A stretch of 64,000 bases of DNA from a virus (lineage: Duplodnaviria; Caudoviricetes). Position numbers and translations under genes: made by a program. The stretch spans positions 32,001 through 96,000 of IMG/VR virus record IMGVR_UViG_3300020577_005688. The stretch is one strand, 5' to 3'. Positions 28,981 to 36,556 of this stretch are shown here, in pieces; position 1 is the first letter of the stretch; each line of letters starts with the position of its first letter. The notes beneath the pieces were generated by a model that saw only the letters and a program-made list of their open reading frames with translations, was not told the DNA's origin and did not search any database.

Positions 28981-29374
28981 GTACGATGACTCACTCCGTC
29001 AGATGACGTTCCAACAACCCGAACCCCAAGAACAACAACCAGAGTACAAGCCTCCGAGTGCAAAGGTCTGTCCTTGGTGTAGTAAGCCAATCTGGCTAGG
29101 GGATCGAGCAGTAACGATCGACCACGGAATCCTCGGCCGAGGGAAGAAAAGTGGTCAGCCGGTTGTTGTCGAAGACCGACTGACTTCCGGAGAAGCAACA
29201 CTCCACGAGCTCTGCTCCATTGCGTGGCTCTCGACAAATGTCGTCGATTCAAGCGACGAAGTCGAAGGAGTCATCGACACTATTACAGCCGACATCTTCG
29301 GCATCTCATACTCAGAGCTGGCATCAGAGGAAACCCTCTGTGCAGTGTGTGAGGAAAAGATCGATGGGGATTGA
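28973..29374 (+). CDS. Zinc-binding hypothetical protein
   Basis: CPWC...HELC...CAVC; overlapping start. Confidence 0.6.
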   Translation: MFKYDDSLRQMTFQQPEPQEQQPEYKPPSAKVCPWCSKPIWLGDRAVTIDHGILGRGKKSGQPVVVEDRLTSGEATLHELCSIAWLSTNVVDSSDEVEGVIDTITADIFGISYSELASEETLCAVCEEKIDGD

Positions 29375-29591
29375 CCTCAGGGAACCAATCTCCAGAGAAG
29401 AGATGGAGAGGTTTGCCGAAGACACCATGGCTTTGTGGAGGACTCAGTACATGCTCTTCCTCAAGGCCCAGGCTCAAGGAGCTCCACAAGGACTCATTGT
29501 GGAGATGGCGGATGTGTCAGAGCTCTTCAGACAGACGCACGAGAGACTCAAGAACTTGGTGCAGTTCTTTCCGTCAGAGAACGACTCGTAG
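29364..29591 (+). CDS. Hypothetical protein
   Basis: GAGG RBS; start MGIDLREP. Confidence 0.55.
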   Translation: MGIDLREPISREEMERFAEDTMALWRTQYMLFLKAQAQGAPQGLIVEMADVSELFRQTHERLKNLVQFFPSENDS

Positions 29592-29607
29592 TTTGAGTCG
29601 TTTTTTA
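29580..29607 (+). terminator. Intrinsic terminator at a convergent junction
   Basis: AACGACTC/GAGTCGTT stem followed by TTTTAGCT. Confidence 0.8.
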
Positions 29608-29609
29608 GC

Positions 29610-30200
29610 TTACAGAATTCCCAACTCAGCCATCATGGCGTGGGCAATTGCCTGAGGAGGGTCTCCAGCATAGACCTGGAACACTCTATGAGTCAGCTCG
29701 TGCTTGAGAGCCGTTTTGTTCAAGTCAGAGTTCCATCCAACTTGAATGAACATTCCATCCTGAAGCCCGGCAACAAACTGCTCGACCTTTCCGGGTCGTG
29801 TATCCAGAGACCACTTCTCTTCTCGAAACAGAATGGCACACCCCTGAAGAGATTTAATTGCGTCTGGAAAACCTGCAGCGAGGATGGCCAAGAGCTCGGT
29901 CAACTGTTCTTGAAACTCCTCAGGCTTCACTGCGAACTTTTCAGAGGTCCACCCAACAACGACTCCATCGCAGATGAACTTGTACTGTTGAAACAGTTTC
30001 CTTCTCTGAAGGAACATCAATCCAGTGAGTGAGAAGAACCCAGCAACAACTGCCCACAGGATAATCCAACCTGGAAGAGGGATTGGGGTATCTTGTGGAG
30101 TCAGATGAGCTCCAATAGCACTGGCAAGAGCGGCGAAACTGATTCCAATTGGAAGCAGGTCACTCCAAACAAACACCCTCACCTTGACTGGAGAAATCAC
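29610..30200 (-). CDS. Membrane protein with HExxH metallopeptidase motif
   Basis: Two N-terminal hydrophobic helices; LKHELTHRV. Confidence 0.6.
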   Translation of the reverse strand: MISPVKVRVFVWSDLLPIGISFAALASAIGAHLTPQDTPIPLPGWIILWAVVAGFFSLTGLMFLQRRKLFQQYKFICDGVVVGWTSEKFAVKPEEFQEQLTELLAILAAGFPDAIKSLQGCAILFREEKWSLDTRPGKVEQFVAGLQDGMFIQVGWNSDLNKTALKHELTHRVFQVYAGDPPQAIAHAMMAELGIL

Positions 30201-32297
30201 TTAGACACCCGTTGAGGAAGGACGACGAGTTGGTTTGAGAGTCGGCTGAGGACTCTGCACTGGATTAAGTGGGTTCTCCTGCGAGCCCTTCTCTGACTCA
30301 ATGATTTGAAGGACAAGACTGTAGAGCTGAGGGCTCGTCATCTGCATTCGGTTCATCTCAGCCATTCGGGTGCCTTCGTCCATCTTCTGAAGAGTCGTTG
30401 CTGCTCGACGGGCGAGATACAGAACGTTCATTCCTCCACCTCCCTGAGTGGAGGCGTTCAGAGGACTCATCAGAGTAGACGGGATTCCCTCAGCAGGAGC
30501 TTGTTGAGCGTTCTCGGCAGAGACGGTTGCACCCTGAGGCATTCCTGGATCGACTTGCTGTCCATCCATCATCTCACCCTCAGGACCAGTGGGAGCTCCT
30601 GTTCCTGGGCCCTCTTGACCGGGGATTGGTGCCTCTGGAGGCGGAGGTGCCCCTGGAGGAGCTCCTCCTGCAACGCCTGCCCCTCCTTGAGCTGCAACTG
30701 CTTCCTGGGGTGCCCCAGGTGCTCCGCCTTGGAGAGCTTGAGAGACCATCTCAGTTGCCATCTTCTGATAGCGAGCCTGCACCATCTGCATCTCGCCCTG
30801 AATGGTCGCCTGAGCAACTTGCATCTTGCGATTGAGTTCAATCTGTCTATCGAGCTCACCCTTGATACGGGCATCCTCAGTAGCCGGGTCGAAGTCAACT
30901 TCCTGGAGCAGCGTCTGATTCGAAATCTTCTGTCCCTGATTGAGCTGGAAGAAGAACGCAGAACGTTGCAGGTCGTCTGCCATCTTGAATCGACGCATGT
31001 GCGCCTGAACTGCAGGCCACCCCATGAATGCAGCGATGCGCTTGATTGTGAACTGATTCAACATCAAGTCATGGTCTGTCCGATACCCAAGGAACATGTT
31101 CTCCAGCATCCTCATGGAGACGTTGCTTCCTGAGTACTGCATGCCACCAAAGACGAACTCCTGAGGCACCCCCATTCCAGCCACGATTTGCTTCGACCAG
31201 ACTTCCATCTCCTGGTGAAGCATCAAGGCTCGGCCGTCCCCGCCGATGGTCTGACTTCCGATTGGAAGAGGAAGAATCGGAATGTAGTTAGGGTCGTACT
31301 TCCACTTCGCTACTTCACCTTCAATGCGACTCTTCCACGAGTCGAGAGAAATTGTCGTGTATGGGTCCGAAGAGCTACTGTTTCCTTGAGGGAAGAGAAC
31401 TCGCATCGGAATGATGTGTTCTTGCGCAATTGCCTCCTGCGCCTTCCTCAAGATTTGAAGATAGAACGTGTCCTTCAAGACAGGCATGATCAGAGGCATT
31501 CCCCAGCCAGAATCCTTCTGACTGATGATTGGCCTTCTGAAGACGAAAATGTTGTCGTCTGCGAAGCGAACATACTTCCCGCGCTTCATTGCCTCGATGA
31601 AAGTGTCTGGGATGGTATCGAGAACGCTCTTCTTCCCAAGCACCACATCGTTGCGAACCTGGAGAGGGAGCTCGAACGTGTAGACCGGCTTCGCGCCTGC
31701 AAATGCAGGGTCCACGTTCACATACTCAGGATTCCATCTCATCAAACGAATGCCGTTCAAGTCTCTCTTGTAGAAATCTTGAACCTTCGCTGGTCCGACA
31801 GTGCGGCACTTCGGACACTCGATGATGTAGTCGAGGTTCCTCCACTTGTAGTGGGTCTTCGTTGCCTTTTCTTTGTGCTTACAGTTCTGGCAGATGAGGA
31901 ACTTGTCGAATGGAAAATGAATCGTGACGAAGCAGATTCCATACGTGTAGTAATCGAGACCAATCTCAATCTGAAACGGGCGGTACCGAAGAACTCCGCC
32001 CAACAGCGTATCCCACTTCTCTTTGATTGCGGGGTCCTTCTCATCAATGACAATCTCAGTGATGGGGTACTCAGACATCTTGTGAATGACCGCATTGATG
32101 AGCGGATTCACGAGATAGTAGTACCGACACCACCGCAGGAGGGCCTTGAGGGAAGGAGGAAGGTAAGTATGGCCGATGTCGAAGAATGGAGATGGATACC
32201 GAACTCCACTCCTCGACATGCCGTCAGCAGTTCTTCCACGGTTCCCAGAGAACCTGGAAGTTCCACCAAATCCAAGAGAGACGTTGTCCATTGACAT
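30201..32297 (-). CDS. Portal protein
   Basis: YYYLVNPLINAVIHKMSEYP, LMRWNP, WGMPLI and IVAGMGVPQEF portal-like motifs; C-terminal coiled coil and P/G/Q tail; CxxC...CxxC insert. Confidence 0.8.
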   Translation of the reverse strand: MSMDNVSLGFGGTSRFSGNRGRTADGMSRSGVRYPSPFFDIGHTYLPPSLKALLRWCRYYYLVNPLINAVIHKMSEYPITEIVIDEKDPAIKEKWDTLLGGVLRYRPFQIEIGLDYYTYGICFVTIHFPFDKFLICQNCKHKEKATKTHYKWRNLDYIIECPKCRTVGPAKVQDFYKRDLNGIRLMRWNPEYVNVDPAFAGAKPVYTFELPLQVRNDVVLGKKSVLDTIPDTFIEAMKRGKYVRFADDNIFVFRRPIISQKDSGWGMPLIMPVLKDTFYLQILRKAQEAIAQEHIIPMRVLFPQGNSSSSDPYTTISLDSWKSRIEGEVAKWKYDPNYIPILPLPIGSQTIGGDGRALMLHQEMEVWSKQIVAGMGVPQEFVFGGMQYSGSNVSMRMLENMFLGYRTDHDLMLNQFTIKRIAAFMGWPAVQAHMRRFKMADDLQRSAFFFQLNQGQKISNQTLLQEVDFDPATEDARIKGELDRQIELNRKMQVAQATIQGEMQMVQARYQKMATEMVSQALQGGAPGAPQEAVAAQGGAGVAGGAPPGAPPPPEAPIPGQEGPGTGAPTGPEGEMMDGQQVDPGMPQGATVSAENAQQAPAEGIPSTLMSPLNASTQGGGGMNVLYLARRAATTLQKMDEGTRMAEMNRMQMTSPQLYSLVLQIIESEKGSQENPLNPVQSPQPTLKPTRRPSSTGV

Positions 32298-33274
32298 TAT
32301 TGATCTGCCTTCTCTTGTGGGAGTTTCTTAGGCTTGAATCCCGTCACTTTGTTGATGCCCTTACCGACCAACTTACCGGCTTGATCACCAACAACGCTGC
32401 CGAGAATAGAACCTGAGATACCACGCTTGGCGGTTGCGAGGTTTCCAATTGTCGAACCTACGAATCGAGAAACTCTTTCTGCTCTTGAAGTCTGACCCGT
32501 AGGGTCTTTCTTCAGAGCAGCGACGGCTTGAGGAGCGGTGAATGCGACTGTCATTCCGTGATTTGTCAACTTACCAGCTCGCTGAAGACCCGTAAGGTTA
32601 CTCTTTCGAGATACGGCATCCTGGACGTCTGTCTTCATCCTCCCCAACTCTTGGCGTGCGTTTGAGATCGGACTCGTCAGGTCACTCGCCGCTCCCTTGA
32701 GATTCCTTCCGATGCCTTTTACGTACTCTTTGGCACCGCCCTCTTCGGACTCTGCGATCTTCTCATGATTACGCTTCTTCCTCTTATGAAGAGCGTAGGC
32801 ACCAGCGGCGAGGCCAGTTGCAGCAAGACCAGCAACACCTTTCTTCCAGTGTTTCTTAGCAAAAGAAGGAAGTTTTTGAGTAGATGTCGGTGATGCGTTT
32901 GTTTGAGTAGGTGGTGATTTATTAGACGGTTTTTTCTGCGTACTATACTCTTTTCCACCTACTTCTTTGAGTCTTTTTCCTCTAGAAAATTCGTCGTAAC
33001 CATCCCCTACAGCATCTGATACAACTGTTCTACTCTTACGCAAACGTTCTGATTTCGCAATCTCAGGCCTCCGATCGACAAAGGGCCGTTCTTTTCCTTT
33101 GAGAGTATGGCGATATCCTCCAAGAACGTCTCCTTCGAGTCTAGCGCCGCTATCATCACTATTGAGCGAATGCCTCATTAGAACACCTCTCCGAGCATGG
33201 CGTCGAATCCACTCTTCAGAGACGGCAATCTTCTCAAGCTCATCAAGGAATGATCTAACGGTCATGAGGTTCAT
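32297..33274 (-). CDS. FxDELEKIA-tagged basic protein with glycine-zipper helices
   Basis: ATGA-coupled start MNLMTVRSFLDELEKIA; second EKIA mid-protein; GVAGLAATGLAAGAYAL helix. Confidence 0.75.
   Translation of the reverse strand: MNLMTVRSFLDELEKIAVSEEWIRRHARRGVLMRHSLNSDDSGARLEGDVLGGYRHTLKGKERPFVDRRPEIAKSERLRKSRTVVSDAVGDGYDEFSRGKRLKEVGGKEYSTQKKPSNKSPPTQTNASPTSTQKLPSFAKKHWKKGVAGLAATGLAAGAYALHKRKKRNHEKIAESEEGGAKEYVKGIGRNLKGAASDLTSPISNARQELGRMKTDVQDAVSRKSNLTGLQRAGKLTNHGMTVAFTAPQAVAALKKDPTGQTSRAERVSRFVGSTIGNLATAKRGISGSILGSVVGDQAGKLVGKGINKVTGFKPKKLPQEKADQ
33225..33246. repeat. 22-nt direct repeat, copy 1 (encodes DELEKIA)
   Basis: GCAATCTTCTCAAGCTCATCAA, identical to 34709-34730. Confidence 0.85.
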
Positions 33275-34206
33275 ACAGTTCCTAGCCAAGACTTGAGAGC
33301 AACGAGCTGCTCAGAGAGTTGCCTTCTTCGGATGTTCATGTAGTCACGTGCGATAAGCAGCTTTGCGACTTGAACATCTACCTGTGTCTCTTGGAGATCA
33401 ACTTCTTTCGTTGGATGTTCCTTTACCTCATTCCAACGATGTTCGATGGGATCTGGGTCGAACTGAAGAACGAGTTTTACGTTCTGCCCCTTACCCTCTC
33501 GAACCAAATCTGGGTCTGGTTGAAATGAGAAACCATTCTCTGGGTCGAACCTCTTCGTACACGTGTCACAGATTCCGTCGTGGAAGAGAGCAGAGTCCTC
33601 ACTCCCGCAATCAAGGCACACGTATCTTGGGTGGCTCACCTCAACCTGCACAAAATCAAGAGGAGGTGGAACAAAGAACACATCTTCGTTCAAGACAGAA
33701 GCAGCAATGTACGCCTTCACCTCATCATTGAAAGGCTCTGGGCGAATTGAGTTCATGATGTCCACTCCCGCAAACAACTGGTCGAGGGATGGAGCCTGCA
33801 TGAACTCCCAGCGAGGAATATTGTTGTTCAGAGCCTGAATGACCTTCTCAAACACCTGCCAACTCTCCCAAGGCTTTCCAGTCGTATGAAGCGTCTTGAC
33901 GGCTTGAATCTTGGACCTGGCATGTTCTGAGACTTGAGACGAGAAGACCCTCTGAATCTCTTGGAAGATAGTCGACGTTTCCCAAGAGAACCAGTCAACT
34001 CCAAACGCCTTCAAGAGGGCGAGGTCAATGACTACTGGATGGGTGTCGTGGTGTGTAAAGATGTTCCGAACTGTGAGAGGTGTTTGAACGTCTGGATTAT
34101 CCTTCTTGAGTTCGGATTCCATCGCAGACCCCTCCGACGGTGCAGTTGGCTTCTTTGCCTCTGCACCACGAAGACGCTCAAACAGGTCAAGTTCTGGATT
34201 CTTCAT
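33271..34206 (-). CDS. Hypothetical virion-region protein with zinc finger
   Basis: 311 aa; CLDC...CDTC. Confidence 0.7.
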   Translation of the reverse strand: MKNPELDLFERLRGAEAKKPTAPSEGSAMESELKKDNPDVQTPLTVRNIFTHHDTHPVVIDLALLKAFGVDWFSWETSTIFQEIQRVFSSQVSEHARSKIQAVKTLHTTGKPWESWQVFEKVIQALNNNIPRWEFMQAPSLDQLFAGVDIMNSIRPEPFNDEVKAYIAASVLNEDVFFVPPPLDFVQVEVSHPRYVCLDCGSEDSALFHDGICDTCTKRFDPENGFSFQPDPDLVREGKGQNVKLVLQFDPDPIEHRWNEVKEHPTKEVDLQETQVDVQVAKLLIARDYMNIRRRQLSEQLVALKSWLGTV

Positions 34207-34755
34207 TTATGCCTTCTTGAACGTGTTGGCGATTCGAGCCATGACGCCCATTGCCTGTGGGCGAGCGGCGCTTCGAACAGGCCCAGCAGAAGGCAACGCA
34301 ACCGAGCTCCTCACTGCAGGAGCGGCTCTCTGCACAGGCTGATGCCCAACAGACGTGGAGGGCATGAAGTCGGAGTAGTGGGAGGGATCCTTCTTCATCA
34401 AAGCAGGAGCGGCCTGAGTCTGAGGCTTCCCTGCTGCTCTCTGAGAATCGACGAGCATGTGATTTTTCATCATGGCCGCATTGGATACTGTAGCAGCTTT
34501 CTTAGTGAGGAGCCTCTTCCCAATACCCTTAAGCATATCCTTGTTGTGGATCATCTCCCCAGCAAGGATGGAGCCGGTAAACGCAGCGGACGCGCCGTCC
34601 TTGACTCGCTCGCCTTTGGATTTGTGCTTATCAAAAGCACCCGCACCTTCAATCGCAGTCAGACCTCCGAGACCTGTCATCGACAGTCCAGCAGGCAGCC
34701 CACCGACAGCAATCTTCTCAAGCTCATCAAAGAACGACCCCATGTGGATGCTCAT
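34207..34755 (-). CDS. FxDELEKIA-tagged Gly/Ala-rich protein
   Basis: MSIHMGSFFDELEKIA followed by a Gly-rich hydrophobic segment; AAGGA RBS. Confidence 0.75.
   Translation of the reverse strand: MSIHMGSFFDELEKIAVGGLPAGLSMTGLGGLTAIEGAGAFDKHKSKGERVKDGASAAFTGSILAGEMIHNKDMLKGIGKRLLTKKAATVSNAAMMKNHMLVDSQRAAGKPQTQAAPALMKKDPSHYSDFMPSTSVGHQPVQRAAPAVRSSVALPSAGPVRSAARPQAMGVMARIANTFKKA
34709..34730. repeat. 22-nt direct repeat, copy 2
   Basis: Identical to 33225-33246. Confidence 0.85.
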
Positions 34756-34765
34756 TGTCGTGTCC

Positions 34766-36406
34766 TTAGTTTGCGTTCATCGCGTCGAACTTGCCGTTGG
34801 CAAGTCTTGCAAGAATGACCTTTGAGTCATCTGGCATTGACTCAAAGATGGTGATTGGGTCTTTGATGAATGAATTCGTGAACTCGCTTGCGAAGTGCTT
34901 GTGAACGAGAGGTCTACCGTTTCTCGCAAGCCACCTCAACTCTTCCTCGCTCACGTAGTCACCAGTACGACCAGTCCAAGACCAAGCAGCAGCCTGCTTA
35001 CCGAACGTTGCGTAGTAGGGGTCCGCGACCTCTCCACCCCAAACCCAACGCAGTCCGGAAATCTCGTCGGCTTCTGAAAGGAGGGAGGCGAACTCTTCGG
35101 GCTCAATAGATGCCCTCTTTTCACGAAGCTCTGTGTACACAGGAGCGTATTCTGGAGGGGCTACTGCGAGACGATTTGCGAGGTGAGCATCGACGTCGAT
35201 TGCATAGTCTGTCGACCCATACCTTTGAATCGTCTCCGAAAGAGGAAGGCCAAGCTCATTCGCACGAGCTGCGGTCTTCACAGCAAAGATGTGCGCCTCG
35301 ACAGGGTCAATGGTCTTGTAGTTGTCCTCGAAGTACTCGATGGCCTTCTGCACGTCAGCCATTGCGTCGAGGGGGAACCGACCCCCAAGAGCCGTGCGCT
35401 CTGCGGAGGCTCTCTTCACCTGGATTTCAGGAGTCTGGCCAGAAACATTGACAATCGAAGAGCTCTTGATGAGTCTCTTGTGTTCTCGTGCTTGGGCAAT
35501 GTCTCCGAATGGATTGTTCGATTCGATGTCTCGAAGGGCTTTCTTGCCCTCAGCGGTCGCACGTCGGAACCCAGTTGCTAGGTCGCTTCCTTTGGCTCCC
35601 ATCGAGTGGGCCGTTACGCGATGCAGCGCATAGCGTTGCGCCTTTGATGCGTTCTCTGGGTATCCCTTGATGTTGGCAAGCTCCTTGAGCCCCCTAGGAA
35701 GTCCAGCTTCTTTTGGCATCGACCCCGGATTCAGCTTGTGGAAGCTGTCGAGGTTAACGTCTTTCTTCCCGTGGTGTTTCCCGAGAGCGTACCCACCGGC
35801 CCCTCCGACCAAAACTCCCCCTGCCCCGGAAGCAATTGCAAGATGTTTGATGTTCTTCAGCAGCTTCTCCGCTTCAGCCGGAGTGAACGAGGCACTTGCG
35901 GCGGTCTTCATCTGAGATGCCGTAGGAATGACTCGACCAGAATCGGCACCACCTTGAATGCTGGTAAGGTTGGTACGTTGGCTCCACTCAACGTCATCGT
36001 TTGGAGCGGGCTGCTTGGATGGATTGCGGGTCTTCGACATTCCCGTCTTTGCAGCTGTCTTAAGCCAGCCTGGAACTGGGAGCTCGAACTCTTCACACGC
36101 ATCCATCAAGTTGGATGCGGCCGTCTTGACTGCTTCTTGGGGAAGAAGAACTGCGCTCTCATTGAAGTAGAGAATCGAGAGGGCGGTGTTACCTGCGTCA
36201 ACACATGCAAACTTTCGCATGTGAGTGCCGTTGTTTACCATCGTCAGTGCGTATGCTTCATCACGGAGAACTTCCCGTTCCTCTGGAGAAAGGATGTGGG
36301 CTTCCTTTACGATATCGGGCAGGTCTGCGGAGGTGGGGCAGGCCTTCTTGAGCAGAGTCCCAGAGAGGTCGTCGTAGAAGTCAAAAACAACGCCAGCAGT
36401 ACGCAT
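34766..36406 (-). CDS. Putative head protein with KxA-flanked internal cassette; first gene of the portal operon
   Basis: AAGGAG RBS; VKEA, VKTA, LKTA, MKTA, PKEA, VKRA and GKQA motifs; internal LAIASGAGGVLVGGAGGYALG helix. Confidence 0.72.
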   Translation of the reverse strand: MRTAGVVFDFYDDLSGTLLKKACPTSADLPDIVKEAHILSPEEREVLRDEAYALTMVNNGTHMRKFACVDAGNTALSILYFNESAVLLPQEAVKTAASNLMDACEEFELPVPGWLKTAAKTGMSKTRNPSKQPAPNDDVEWSQRTNLTSIQGGADSGRVIPTASQMKTAASASFTPAEAEKLLKNIKHLAIASGAGGVLVGGAGGYALGKHHGKKDVNLDSFHKLNPGSMPKEAGLPRGLKELANIKGYPENASKAQRYALHRVTAHSMGAKGSDLATGFRRATAEGKKALRDIESNNPFGDIAQAREHKRLIKSSSIVNVSGQTPEIQVKRASAERTALGGRFPLDAMADVQKAIEYFEDNYKTIDPVEAHIFAVKTAARANELGLPLSETIQRYGSTDYAIDVDAHLANRLAVAPPEYAPVYTELREKRASIEPEEFASLLSEADEISGLRWVWGGEVADPYYATFGKQAAAWSWTGRTGDYVSEEELRWLARNGRPLVHKHFASEFTNSFIKDPITIFESMPDDSKVILARLANGKFDAMNAN

Positions 36407-36447
36407 TTAGAGCTCCTTTGAGCACTTCAAGGTAGTAACCAACCCTC

Positions 36448-36477
36448 AGTGTAGGACTTCTAGCACGTTTTGGTCAA
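36448..36477 (-). promoter_or_regulatory. Sigma70-like promoter TTGACC-N18-TACACT for the portal operon
   Basis: Near-consensus -35 and -10 hexamers, about 40 nt upstream of the ATG at 36406. Confidence 0.55.
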
Positions 36478-36510
36478 TTAAAAGGGCCGGTCAAGTATTC
36501 GGAAAATGAC

Positions 36511-36520
36511 GGCATAAGAG
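36511..36520 (+). promoter_or_regulatory. Putative phage promoter motif GGCATAAGAG for the replication operon
   Basis: Intergenic, 36 nt before the first gene of the long plus-strand operon. Confidence 0.55.
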
Positions 36521-36556
36521 TATTGGCGGCAACGCCTTACCAATTGGAGGAATGAA

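Noticed and set aside
31188-32294. 368-aa plus-strand ORF (also 4225-5118, 30306-31133 and 33934-34818)
   Set aside because: Antisense shadows of the portal and other well-supported minus-strand genes.
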